A stretch of 64,000 nt of DNA, from positions 62,001 through 126,000 of the forward strand of contig MCFH01000033.1 in assembly GCA_002104945.1 (NCBI GenBank). The letters are read 5' to 3'. Positions 13,610 through 27,736 of the stretch are shown in pieces. The notes under the pieces were generated by a model. It had not been told where the DNA came from. It made no database searches and worked only from the letters and a program-made list of their open reading frames with translations. Each line of letters begins with the position of its first letter. Position 1 is the stretch's first letter. The DNA is from Piromyces finnis finn. Lineage: Eukaryota > Fungi > Neocallimastigomycota. The position numbers and the translations under genes were made by a program.

Positions 13610-16600
13610 TATCTACATATTTGAAACTATTGATTATGAAATTAATTTATTTATATAAAATATAAATATTATAAAATATATCATATTTCATAGTAATAAT
13701 ACTGGAGGAATATTTGATATAGAAAATTTTGAGTATCAAATATTTGATATAAACAATAGTTTACTAGTACACATTAATAATTGTAGACTAATAGGAAATA
13801 ATGGAATATTTATATCCAAGAATGCACACGTTATAATAGAAAATAGTAAATAAATATATATATATTTATATACATTTATATATAATATATATCTAATTAA
13901 TACCTTTTTTTTTTTGTATAATATATATCCAATTGTAGGTTATATATCTGGTATAGGAATATATACAGATTATAAAAATGATACTTATTCATTGTATAGA
14001 TCCCTTTTTGCAATGGATAGTCTTAAAATTAAAAATAGCATATTTGAAAAAATCAATGTAAAAACTAATCATCCATTAATTACCGGTGATAAAATATTTT
14101 TTGAGTAATTCATTATACCTTTTATTAAGAAAATCTATAACTAATTTAAGGATAAAGCATTTGTTAATTAATATTTCATTTTATTTAATATTAAATATTA
14201 TCAATTATTATTATTATTTTATCTTTCTAAAAAAAAAAAAAAAAAAAGAATGGAGAATTGTAAATTTATTAATTGCCATTCCAATTACGGATACTTAATT
14301 GAAATAAATAATAACTTGCAAACTCAAAATATATTAGTAAAAAATTCAATTTTCGAAGGTGCGTGTTTATTTTTTTTTATAACAATACAATATAAAAAAA
14401 AATAGCAATATCATTAATTTTACATACTTACATTAATATACAAATATATGTAACACTTAAAAAATTAGATGTAGATTCGATATTTTTAGGAAAAAATAAT
14501 TCATATGAATTTACTAATTGTACTTTTGAAAACACTAATATGAAAAAGGCATTACCAGTAATTGCTAATGCAAAATATTCTAAATATACTATAAATAATT
14601 CAAGGTTTAGGAATCTAACGTAAATAGAAAAAAAAATTTAATAATTTTTATTGTTTTTGATTTTCAAATATAAAAATATTAAGAACACTTTTGAATAATA
14701 TCAATGTTTTTTTTTTTTTTTAATAATTTATTTATTTTATTCTTATTATTAAGACTATCAAATGGATTATTTGGAATTGAATCAGAGTTCAATTTTATTC
14801 ATACCAAGTTAATTGATATTAAAACCTTTTCAAATCCTGTCATTCATTGTGTAAATCATAACCTATTTATTGATTCTATGGAAGTAGAAAATTTAAAGTG
14901 TACTGATGATATTGACCATGCTTCCTTTATTGTATTTGATTCAGGAGAAATTGAAAAAAGCATATTAATAAATAATGTATCAATAAACAATAGTCATTCA
15001 AATGGACCTTTTATAAAAATTAATGGAGAATCTACCCAGATTAATATTTTAAATTCAAGTATTAATCATGTTTCATCCTACGATTCTATTATTAAAAATA
15101 ATTCAAAAAAGGTTTGTTATCTCTATGTAATCCACAATAGATATATATTTATATATAATTAGTATCCTTAATATAAATATTACTTTTTTTTTTAGTTATA
15201 GTTTATAAAACTAAAAATATATTGCTTATAACATTAATTACTCTATTTTAATTATTCAAAATATAGTCAAATATTAAATTTTCAGATATCGTTTTTAATA
15301 ATAACTCTAATAATAATAAACTTGAATGTGGAACTATTCATTTTACTAATAATGTAAATCTATCTATCACAAATTCAGAATTCAACAATAATTGGTGTAA
15401 AAGTAGTGGTGGTGTAATGTAAATAGAAACCATTTAATAATTTTTACAACAGTTAATATTTTTTTTTTCTCTTAAACTATAAAATATTATTAACATCTTT
15501 TTTTTTATTATTATACTATTAAACTATCATAAAAAAAATTAATTATTTATAACAATTACACTTATTTCAATTCAATTTAAAAACCTTTCACCTATCCTTT
15601 ATTATATTTCAATTTAAAACTTTTTTCAATTAAACTTATTTAAAATTTTTGCTTATTCATAGCTGTATAGATAATATAATGAATCTTGATTTAAATTTAA
15701 ATTCAAATACTTTTAGTGATAACAAAGCATCAAATGGTGGTGCTTTATATATTGTTGAAAATGAAGATGATGATAATTATCAAAATAACAATTTCAATAG
15801 ATCGATATACATGGAGAATAATAATTTTAAATATAATTCAGCAGAAAATTTTGGTGGTGCTATTTATTTTGACAATTATAAGAAAACACAATTTTATTCA
15901 AAAAAAAATGAATTTTCTTTTAATGAAGCTGGTATTATGGGAGGAGGAATTTTTTCAAAGGAAGCTATCGAAAATAATTTATTTAATATAAATACTATAA
16001 ATAATACAGTCAGTAATGTATTAAGTAATATTTCCACTAAACCTTCTTATATAACCCTAAATATAACGCATAGTGATGAAACTTTACATGTCGTTACGGG
16101 AGAATATTTTCCCTTAATTTTTAACCTATATAATGGCTATGATGAAATATTAACGGATGTTAATAAATATTATTCATTTATAACATTGAAAGTGGAGCTA
16201 AAAGTAAAGGATAAAGAAGAATTCTATAGTATTAATAATGAAAAAAATGAAGATGCTTTTTCAAATGAATACATTTTAGAAGGAAATTCTGGATCATTTA
16301 TTAATGGTAACAATTAATTATAATAAATCATAATTAGGATGCTTATTAAATCAAAAATTTACAATAAACTTTTTTTTTCATTATTTTTTTTTTAATTTTA
16401 TCTCTCTATAAATAATAATATTCAATGTTTCTTTCTTTTACTTTTTTTTTAATTAATATTTAAATTTTTCCTTTTTTTTATATTAATGCATTATTAATTA
16501 ACTATCCATGATATTTATTTATATGATATTCATATATAAAATTATAAAAAAAAAAAAAAGGACAGTGTATATTAAATAATTTTAGAATATATTCGGAACC

Positions 16601-18450
16601 TAGAGTATATATTTTACACGTTACTATAGAAAACTATAATCAAGAAATTCAAAAAAAATTTACAGATATAGAAATTTATGTTGATAAATGTGAATCTAAT
16701 AAAATCACCATGGCTAAACAAAATAAATTTCCGTATTGTGAAGAACCTATTTGTACTGATGAATGTCCCACTAGCACTAATGCCTATTGTAAAGGAAGAA
16801 ATAATGTATCAATAAATGATCCAAAATTAAATCAATGTGTATGTTTACCAGGATGGGAAGGTGCAAATTGTAATCATAAAATTCATGTTGATTATAGGTA
16901 ATTATATATTTTTTTCTTTATTTTTTAAATATCAAAGACTAGTATTAATTATTTATATAATATATAAAACAAAATATTTCATTCTACTCTTTTTTTTTTT
17001 TAATCAAGGAATTAATTTTTCCTCTTTTTTTTTTTTTTAATAATTATAATAGCAATTTAAAAAATACCTCCAAAATATTATCCCTTTTTTTCTTTTTTGT
17101 AATAGTTTTGTTTATAATTTTTTTTACCATTCATAAAAACGAAGGAATTATCCATAATCAAGGTTTTGTCAAAATATTTCTATTTTCCTTTGGCTTAATA
17201 CTATATTACATTGGTAATTCATTTACAGCTTACAAAAATTATCAAGAATGTTACCTAAATTTATTTTTCAAACATTCTGGAATAATATTATCCTTTTCCG
17301 TTTGTTACATAATAAATATGTTAAACTATGAATTAGGCAGAAAGCCTAATATGAGTAGATCAAAAAGATTATTTGGATCTAATGATGTTATTAATGATAA
17401 TATAGAATCACTTATATTAAGCAAAACATCCGCTATTAGAAACATTGAAGCAAATTGTTCTAGCACAAGTAGAATAGATATTTTTAGTAAATCTGGTTAT
17501 AGTAAAAATTCATTCCATGATCATATTACTCAAAAAGATAAGAGTAGTATCTGGGGGAAAAGAAAGAAAAGAAGATCTAGTGTAACTAGTGGTGAATATA
17601 CTGAGGGTTCCATCAAAATCATAAAAAAGATCAATTCTCTTGTCATTGAAACAATATGTTTATATCTAATTATTATTATAAGTATAATTACGGTTATTTT
17701 AATTGCTTATGTTAATGTAAAAAATGATACTTACGAAGAGAGTATCGCTCAACAATTAAGTGGTGAATGGTACTATAAATGTCCATTAGAAAGATATGAT
17801 ATAATATATGCCTTTTTAGAATATTTTATACTTTTTATTACACTAATTAAAGGAAATACTATTGGAAAATATGAACGTGTTTTCATTATTACAAAATACA
17901 TAACAGTAGCATCAATATTTGGAATAGGATTTGGACCCTTAATTGATGTAATATACCTATAAATTTAAATATATTTATATTTTTATATAATAATCATTAC
18001 TACCCAAGCAATATAAAATATCATATTAATAAAAATAAAAAATTTTAAATTTTATTTTATATAATGTCAACCCCATAGATTATAAGTTTTCTATTTTTCC
18101 AAAACCAAAGAATAGCAAAATTTAAATTGTCATTATACGTAAATTCTATTGGTTATTTTATTATTTATATTCTATTTTCATGGGATAAAGTCTATTATAT
18201 TATGAAAAAGGAAGGAAATGTCACCTTTAATTATTTTGTTTATGCAAGAAGAACTAATGAATGCGCAATTCATCATTCAACTATATGTACTTGTAAACGT
18301 GATTCAACCTATATAAATGAAGAATTAATTCTTTTAAACAAAAAGGCATTAGAATTTTATAGTGTATGTTCTACTGTTTTTGAAGTAAAAAATAATAAAA
18401 TAAGTTACCTTAATGTACAATCAAAAATGGAATTATTAGAAAATAACTAA
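13012..18450 (+). CDS. Class C GPCR-like 7TM receptor with N-terminal parallel beta-helix (pectin-lyase-like) repeats and an EGF-like domain; about 11 exons (13012-13553, 13694-13845, 13939-14104, 14249-14358, ~14469-14619, 14754-15111, 15267-15418, 15663-16306, 16561-~16898, 17053-~17947, 18079-18450)
   Basis: Signal peptide. Asn-rich beta-strand repeats with N-x-(A/S)-x-x-GG(A/V)(I/L) motifs. EGF-like CVCLPGWEGANC. Multiple TM helices from 17053 onward. GT-AG junctions keep the frame in my manual reconstruction. Confidence 0.75.
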
Positions 18451-20814
18451 AAAATAATATTTATTCCTACACTTTTATTCAATAAGACAAAAGAAATATG
18501 TATAATCATTTATCATCTCTTTTTTATTATTTAATATAAATAACTATCATTATATCCATTATATTCATTAAAATTATATCTATCATCATCAATTTTATAA
18601 ATTATTATATTTCAATAACATTTATTAAGATGTTTAAAATTAAAAAAAAAAAAAAAAAAAAAAAGCTTTATCAATACTTTACAATTACTTATTAGTATAT
18701 ATTAGAAATTTTAATAATAATTAAGTTAATCCTAATAGATATTTTTATAATAATAACACAAACTTTTTTTTTTATATATAAAAAGAATAATATTAAAAAA
18801 ATAAAACACAAATATAAATTAAAACTTTTTCTTTAAAAAAAAATAGTTGTATGTGTATTTTTATATAAATGTTTTTTCCCTTGATCATATTGGATTATAA
18901 GTTTTATTATTTAATCAATTTAAATGATATTTCATTATAAAATAGTTTTAATAATTATATAATTAAAAATAATAATGAAAAGAATATATACTCTAGAAAA
19001 GAAATCAAAAAACAGAAATAAAATAACATCTTTTTTTTTAAAAAAAGAAAAAAATATAATGTTTTTATTTACTATTTAAAAAAAGACTCACAAATAATAT
19101 ATATTAGTTGAATATTTTTAAAAAAAAAAAAAAAAAAAGCTTTCCTTTAATAAGGCTACAACTTTTCATTTTAATGGAAAATAACCTAAAACTTCTCTCC
19201 ACTATTAATTATTTACTTTATTATTTATTCATTCATTTACTTTTATACTAATGATAATGATATGATGTAATAAATTTTAATATAAAACAATAAACAGAAC
19301 TTCTTTACATGACGTTCATTTATAGGATAAAAAATTTCATATTTGCATTAAATAGATTAAAAATAAATTAATATGAAACTTTAATTATAATAATTTCTCT
19401 TTAATATTTTAATATAAAACAAAATTAAAAGTTTAAATAATATTAAATAATATATGGAAAGCAATATTAATAAAGTCATTATTAAAATATTATTGGCTGA
19501 AATTATATGAAATTATATTGTTATTTCTTTATTTAAATAAAAAATCCTATTTTCTATTAAAAGAGTAGGAATATGAAAAAATGAGGAAAGAGACCTTTTT
19601 TGAATCATGAATTTACTTATAATTTCATTAATAAAAAGTAAAAAAAAAAAAAAAAAAAAGAAAAACTTTTGTTTTTTTTAAGCTAGTTTCTATTTTCTAT
19701 TTTATATATTATTACATATAATTAATAAAAAAAAATATAATATTTTTATTCATTAAACAAACCATTATAAATTTAGAGTTTTTATCTTTTTAATTAAAAT
19801 TAACTTTATTGAATAATAATAAATGAAAAATACTTTTCAATTAACTTTTTTTTTTTTTAGGCTTCAAAAAATATAAAGATTTTATGATGGCATGACTTTA
19901 CCCAAAAAGTAAATTTTTTTATTCTTTGAATAATTAGATAATAATGTATACTAAAATGGATAGTTTCAATGACAATTTTTGTTGTCATTACTAAGAATAA
20001 ATTACTCTAATTTAAATAGGTTCCTTTCCAAATAATCTATTATACCTAATTTTTTATCATTTTAAAAAAAAAATGACATTATTTTATCACTTTTTAATTT
20101 TATATTAATTTTATTTTTTATAATAAATAAAGTTTACTATTCAATACATAAAAATTTATTTAATCCTTAGGGCATTTTTAAAAAAAAAAAATAAAGCTTT
20201 ATAAACGAAATTAAAAAAGAATTTATTGATTAAATCTGATTTTAATTTCGTAATTTAAAGGGAAAAAAAAAAGGAAATAAAAATAACATTTCTCTAGTAA
20301 AATAGAAAAAGAGGGAAAAAAGGAAAAATAAAAAGTAGAAAAAGAAGAAAAAGAAGAAAAAAAAGTGTAATACCTTTAAAAAAGATTTTCTAGTTATGAG
20401 TCAATTACTTCTTTAATTCCTTTACACAGCATACTAATAAATATATTACTACATAATTTATAAATTTCTTTCAGTAATATATTTATTACCTTTTTTTTTC
20501 AATTAAGTAAAATTATTAAAAATAAATCATAAATAAATAAATAATATCTAAAATATTTATATATCTTTAAAAGGAACATAAAAAATATTATATATAAAAT
20601 ATCAAATATATATAAAATTGAAATTATTTCGTCAAAATAGAAATTCACAGAAAAAAAACTATATTTAAATAATAAAAAATAAAAGAGATATTAAATTATA
20701 CAAATAAATCATATACTCATATATTATTTTATCATTTAAGTTAATAAAATACACAATTATTTCAATAACATTAAAGAAAATAAATAAAAAAAAAAAAAAA
20801 GCAAAAAAGCAAAA

Positions 20815-23442
20815 ATGAAAAAAGCAATTTTAGGTATAACTTTATCATTACTTGTTTCTAATGTTAAAAGTCAAAATTGTTGGGCTGAATCATTAGGTTA
20901 TCCATGGTAAATAATAAAATTATAAATATGTATAGTTTCATTTATATATATTTATGTAATTATAATATTTTATCTCAATATTAAAAAAAAAAAATAGTTG
21001 TAAAGAAAAAACACCAAATGTTGAATATGTTGATGAATCCGGTTCATGGTAAATATATAATATATATTATATTATATATATTGTAAGAAATTTAAAATGT
21101 TTATATATAATATTTTATAGGGGTATAGAAAATGACATTTGGTGTGGTATAATTTCAACAAATGAAAATAATAAGTATGTTAAAGTTAAACAAGTTATAT
21201 CAAATGATCCTAGACTTGAAGTTTCTGAAATTCAAGTGCCAGAAAATTATTGTTGGACTAGTATTTCAAAAGGTTAATATTATATATAAAAATATATAAA
21301 AATATATCATACCCTATTGCTAGTATATAACATAATAATATCATTTAATATAGATATTATTAAATAATCGTATTTAATTATAACTAAAATATCGTTTTTT
21401 TTTTTTATTTTTTTTTTTTTATTTTCATTTTTTAGGAGTAAATTGTTGTAATGAATATGACCCTGAAAACGTATCATATGCTATGGATGGTTCAGTGTAA
21501 GAAAAAAATATTAATAATAATATTTTTGTAATTAAATAATAAAAATTCTCTTATTAATTATTTAAACAAAATATAATGTTTATTTTTTTTTTCTCCTTGT
21601 AAAGTATATATAATAATTATAATAATAATGACATTAAATGTGGTATAAAGGGTTATAACGCTAAATGGAATGATCGTGAAAAATTTGTATACACAAAGGA
21701 TCAATGGGAAGATTTTAAACTTAAATGGGATGGAAGTTATAATACTAATTTTGAACGTCTTGCAGTTTTTGTTGGCGATAATGAAAGTGAACTTAATTTC
21801 GGATGGTTGTCCCTTACGGATAAAGAACCAGCTATTCTTTTCGGTAAAATGAAAGACCTTTCTGATGGTGAAATATTTACTGGTAGTAATACACTTTACA
21901 GAAAAATTTTTGATGAGAGCTATTATTCTAATAAAGTTACGGTCACTGGATTAGAACGTGAATCCGTTTATTATTATAAAAGAAAATTAAATGGTCGTTG
22001 GGAAGATGAAATTATTCAATTTAAAACTTATAATCCAGACAACTTTTCCTTTATTTATGTTGGTGATCCACAAATTGGTGGTTCAAAAGAACGTGTTTCT
22101 GTTTCAGATTTTACTCAAAAAATGGGTCCACAACTAGCCACAAGAAATGATGCCTTTAACTGGAATATGACTGTATATAATTCATTTGATTTTGTTAAAC
22201 AACCAAGTCTTTTGTTATCTACGGGAGATCAGATTGAAAATGAATGTTTCGACCTTATCGATAGTGAAATCTACACTCAAGAAACTCAATATTCTGCTTT
22301 TCTTCTCCCTCGTTTAATGCAAACTATTCCAATAGCCACTACTGTAGGTAATCATGAATCAATTTCTTTAGGTTTCAAAAATCATTTTAATACTCCAAAT
22401 TCCTATTTAACACCAGTTGAAAAATACCATACACCAGGTTATAATTATTTCTTTAAATATAATAATGTTCTTGTTGTAGTACTTGAAACCAACTACGGTT
22501 ATTGTGATGACTTTAAAGAAGTTTTAAGACAAGCTCATGCAAAGTATCCAAATACAGATTGGAGAATTGCTATGTTCCATCATAATATCTATGGCAATGG
22601 TAAATACCATTCTCAGGATTATCACATTACAGATGTATTACGTCCATGTTTAACAGAACTTCTTTCTAATTATAAATTTGATCTTGTTATTAATGGTCAT
22701 GATCATATTTATACAGCATCTTACTTTATTTCATACAGTAACAATGATAAAGGTTACACTCCAGAAAAAATTAGTCAAAATAGAATTTATGAAAATCCAA
22801 AGGGTACTTTTTACATTACTGCTAATTGCTCTACAGGTAGTAAACTCTATGAAAGTATTGATAGGACGATGGATTATGTTTATAATTATGGTCAAAATTA
22901 TTTATCATCCTTTGGTGTCCTAGACTTTAGTAAAGAAGATGGAAAGGTAAAATTAACTATTTCAAATTATGACGTTGATACTGGTAATAAGGTTGATGGA
23001 GATTATATCATTCAAAAGCCAGCCAAGGTAACTATCTTTTTTTTTTTTTTTGAAAATTAATAAATTACAAATAATTGATTCCTGACATAAAAAATATATA
23101 TATAATTAATTTTTTTAAATAATTAAAATATATAATTATATAATTGAAACACATTTTGATGTTAAATTTAACTAGTGTTGGGCTGAAGCACAAGGTATAA
23201 AGGGAAAATAATTATAAAATATGTATTGTTAATTTTACAAAATAGAAAAAAAAAAAATTGCTAACTTAAATATTACAATAAAATAGGTTATCCATGCTGT
23301 GAAATCACTAAAGAAGTTGTTTATGTTGATGATTACCTATGGGGTATTGAAAATGAAGAATGGTGTGGTATAATTGAAGATGATATTCCAATTAACAATA
23401 CTCCAATTATTTCTGATCTTAAGCCAATTAAAAATGTAAGTA

Positions 23443-23491
<49 letters not shown>

Positions 23492-24084
23492 TATACTTTT
23501 TTATATTTCAAATATTATTTGAATAAAAATTAAATATATATATATTTTTTATTTTATTTTATTATTATAATTTTATTTTTTAAAAGTGTTGGTCTTATTC
23601 AGAAGGTAATTAATTTAACTATATATTTTATGTCATAATCCATAGCATATATACTAATAAAATATAATATTGTTATTTTTGTTTTTTAAATTAATAAAAA
23701 AAAAAAAAAAAAATATTAGGTTATCTTTGCTGTACAAATCCACAAAACCAAAAACCAAATCCAGGAGAACATTTATATGGTGTTGATCTTTATGGTAGAT
23801 ATTGTGGTATCATACCACCTGATGAAATTGAAACACCTATAACATATACCACTACTACCACTAAAAGAATTACAACTACTACTAGAAGAATTACCACCAC
23901 TACTACCACTAAAAGAACCACAATTACTACTACTACCACTACTACATCCTCATATGAAACCTATGTTGGTCAATATGCAAAGAAATGGCAACAATGTGGT
24001 GGTATTGGCTACAGTGGTCCAACACAATGTGAATCAGGTAGTGAATGTGTTGCTACCAATGAATTTTATTCCCAATGTCTATGA
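20815..24084 (+). CDS. Cellulosome-type metallophosphoesterase: signal peptide, 2 dockerins (CBM10), purple-acid-phosphatase-like N-domain plus calcineurin-like phosphoesterase, 2 dockerins, Thr linker, CBM1; join(20815..20906,20998..21048,21121..21272,21436..21496,21605..23027,23176..23194,23287..23435,23587..23605,23720..24084), 776 aa
   Basis: Dockerin [11 protein letters not shown]...[11 protein letters not shown] and CWAEAQGYPCC...[11 protein letters not shown]. Metal motifs VGDPQIG, TGDQ, VGNHE, MFHH, NGHDH. CBM1 [32 protein letters not shown]. Exon lengths sum to 2331 nt in frame. Confidence 0.85.
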
Positions 24085-24856
24085 AAAGATTACTTAAAAA
24101 CAAAAAATATTTTAATTTTTCGTTTTTAGTTTTATATAATATAATATTAAAAAGAAATTGTATTTATATAATGTATTTAAAAAAATGTAATCAATATTAA
24201 TTCTCTTTGATATTAAAAGTTTTATTAATGTCAAAAAAAGACTAAAAAAAAAAAAAAAAAATTTTTTTTTTATTTGTTTTTCTTAATTATTCCAAAATAT
24301 TATCAATTTATTATTAGCATTAAAATATTTTTATACAAAAAGAAATTCATAATAACTATATATTTAATTAAAAAAAAATATTAATCCTAATAATAAACAG
24401 TAATAATAAACAATAATAAAAAAAATAAAATAGAATCTATATATTTGAGTAACATTTTTATTATGAAATTGTAAAAATCCTATCTACCTGAAATTTGTCC
24501 TAATAATGCACCACAAAATCATTTCTATTTAGCTATTTCTTTTACCAATATGGAATATATGAAATTGTAATAAAATGGCAATAATTTATATTAAAATAAT
24601 TTTTAAATTTTAAATATTATTGGTATAAAATTATGAAAATTTGATGAATATCCTTTTTAATATATATTAAATTTAAATATAAAATCATCCTATTAACATA
24701 AACCTTTTCATATTATTAATTTTAAAAATAAAAAGTAATTGGTAATAACAAAATAAAAGGCAAAATATAAAAAATATAATTGAAATATATGTATATCTAT
24801 AAATTATTTTTATTTTAAGTAAAAAAAAAAAAGAAAAAAAGTATATATATACAAAA

Positions 24857-25585
24857 ATGAAATTAGTAACAAAATTTTTAACTTTAGTTTCTGCAACAAC
24901 TGTTTTATGTGATTTTCTTGATGGATTTTCAAATGTAATTAATAATGTTAATTTTTCTGCTATTACTGAATGCAAAAATGCTTTAAGCAAATATAGTGAA
25001 TGTCAAATAGATAGTATTAATTTAGAAAGTGTATCAGCCAATATTGATGATTTTTGTATGACCTTTAACACTGAAAATTGTCAAACATTTTATAAACAAG
25101 GTATTACAAGAATTCCGGAATGTCAAGACATTTCACCAGAACTTTTTGCTCCAGGACAAATTGTAACTGACATGTTATATTCCTTGTTAAAATTGGGTTG
25201 TTCCAAAGATGAAAATAATAATTATTGTCCGCTTGCTGGAAGAAATATTTTTACAGCTAATGGAATAAATGAAGAGGAATTTATGAGACTTTTAAATGAG
25301 TCTTGTAAATCTAAACAATGTTACGATAGTATTTCCGACACCTTTACTAGAGTAGAAAATGCAGAACTTCTTATGAAACTTTTATTCAAAAATCAAATGA
25401 ATGAATTAAGTATGAGTACAACGCCAAATGAAAGTATTGGAAAAATAAATAATTTCTTACAATCAAATAATTGTACTTCTCAACATACTGAAAATCTTTC
25501 AGACGGTACTGCCAATACTAGCAGTAAAAAATTAAAAAGTATTTTATTTATTGGTTTAAGCATATTATTAGCAACGATATTATAA
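24857..25585 (+). CDS. Secreted 10-Cys protein with predicted GPI signal (family member A), 242 aa, intronless
   Basis: Signal peptide; C-S-K-D-E-N-N-N-Y-C-P and ESCKSKQC motifs; hydrophobic C-terminus. Confidence 0.8.
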   Translation: MKLVTKFLTLVSATTVLCDFLDGFSNVINNVNFSAITECKNALSKYSECQIDSINLESVSANIDDFCMTFNTENCQTFYKQGITRIPECQDISPELFAPGQIVTDMLYSLLKLGCSKDENNNYCPLAGRNIFTANGINEEEFMRLLNESCKSKQCYDSISDTFTRVENAELLMKLLFKNQMNELSMSTTPNESIGKINNFLQSNNCTSQHTENLSDGTANTSSKKLKSILFIGLSILLATIL

Positions 25586-27031
25586 ACCGCTAAATTTTCT
25601 TTTTCCAATAGTTAAAATAATCATCTTTACAAAAGACAATTATATTCATTCAACATTTATTGTAAATATAAATTTAAAATCAAATCTATATATTATACAA
25701 ATAGTATTAAACAGGGTATATAGAAACATTATATTATTTATTTATAGAATGTAGAATAAGAGTATTATAAATACTATCAAATAATTAAAACTTTCTTATT
25801 ATAATTATAAAAAAAAAAGACATAATCACTATTTTTTTATTATATTACTTTAACAATCAAATTTTCTCATATATATATAATGCCTTTCTTTCTTTCCCAG
25901 TATATATATATATATTCATTATTTGTGTTTATTTTTACTTATTCATATACGTATTGAATATTAATAAAAATTCAACACTATTAAAAAAAAAAATTAAACT
26001 TTAAAAGGTTTAATTTTAAATAAAAATTTAAATATCAAATATCAATATTATATTTTCATTCTATCCTTTATAAAGGTTCCGTTATATTATTTATTATTGT
26101 TAAAGAAAAAAATTGGATTTTACATAATTACTTTATATCATTCTATCTTTTTTTTTTTTTTTTCTAATTCTATTTCTTAAAAGTAAAAAATCTTATAAAT
26201 ACTTAACTTTTATTTTTTATTTTTTAATTATCTGTTTAATTATTGATTAAATAATAATTTAAAATTTTTTTTTTTAATATTGAAAAAGTAATGAACAAAA
26301 CTTGAAATAATTTTTTAGAATATACTATTCTTTTTAAAATACCTTTTTATATATAAATTAGTATCATTTAGGATAACATAATAAAATGATAAAAAAAATA
26401 AAATAATAGAATAATCTATTTAAAAAAAAAAAAAGGTAGATTCTATAAAGTCTTAATAAATTTGATTATTTATTTTTTTGAAAGAATTAATTTTAATTTT
26501 AATTTTAATTAGCATCATTAATTTTATTTTTATTTTTTTATTATTATTATAGTTTGTTATTCTTTTTTTATTTTACTTTTTTCTTTTTCTTCTTCTTCTT
26601 TAGACTAGCACTACGACAAGTTACGCTCTCTCAATTAGAAAAATGTTGGTTATAGAATAAAAAAAAAAACTATTGATATCTCCCACAAAACTTTGTCCTA
26701 GAAAAGATTTATTTATATTAATTATTAAACTTTAATTTAGAAACTTCATTAAAAAATATATTTTTTAACCTTTTTTTTTTCACTTTTGTGTAACAGGATT
26801 TTCTTACTCTACGAATAAATAACTTTATTTATTGTAATTTTTATTCTCCAAATGTTTCAGATTATATCTTTTTTTAATTAAAAATAAAAAAATATATAGA
26901 TATATATAAAAAGAAAGATTTTCTAATATTTTTTTTAATTTCCAAAAAAAAAAAAAAAATTAAACTAAATAAAATAAATAAATAAATAATTAATTAAATA
27001 ATTAAATAAAAATATAAATAAATTTTAAAAA

Positions 27032-27736
27032 ATGAGATTCACTAATTTAATCACTTTGTTTGCTGCTGCTACTACTACAGTTTTCTCTTACAATATCAAG
27101 AGACAAAATATGCCATCCATGCCACAAAATATGCCACAAGGTCCAGAAGATGTGGCATCTTTATTAGAAAACAATAACATGTCATCTTATAATGATATCA
27201 TGCAAAACATGTCACAAAATAGGGGAAGTGGTAATAGTAATAATATTAATGGATGTCAATCAATTATGGAAGATATGTTTATTATTCAAACAAAACTTTT
27301 TAATAAATCAGATCTTGGAGTATGTAAAGAAACTGAAACTATTCAAAAACTTCTCAATAATGATTACAGTTCCTGTACACCAATGGGAAAAATGCTGGTT
27401 TCAGATATAAGAAAAATAAGTTTAAAATGTAGTATGGATGAAAATAATAATTATTGTCCAATTGCAAAAGCAATTCAAAAAGAAAACGATATAACTGATG
27501 ATTTAATTAAAGCTACCTGTAGTGAAAAACAGTGTTTAGATAATACTATTGAAATATTCGAGAAATTAGATAATATTTATTCCTCAATTAATGTAAATAA
27601 TAAAGAAAGTTCTGATATTAAAAAATACATTCCTATTTTAAAGGGAAACCAATGTCGAATTTATTCTGGTGCTTCCCATATTAAGGTTGGAGGTGCTTTA
27701 TTACTTACATTAGCTTTAGTTTTAAGTTATTTTTAA
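27032..27736 (+). CDS. Secreted Cys-rich GPI-type protein (member B, 8 Cys), 234 aa, intronless
   Basis: Signal peptide, IKR dibasic site, CSMDENNNYCP and TCSEKQC motifs, GPI-like tail SGASHIKVGGALLLTLALVLSYF. Confidence 0.8.
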   Translation: MRFTNLITLFAAATTTVFSYNIKRQNMPSMPQNMPQGPEDVASLLENNNMSSYNDIMQNMSQNRGSGNSNNINGCQSIMEDMFIIQTKLFNKSDLGVCKETETIQKLLNNDYSSCTPMGKMLVSDIRKISLKCSMDENNNYCPIAKAIQKENDITDDLIKATCSEKQCLDNTIEIFEKLDNIYSSINVNNKESSDIKKYIPILKGNQCRIYSGASHIKVGGALLLTLALVLSYF

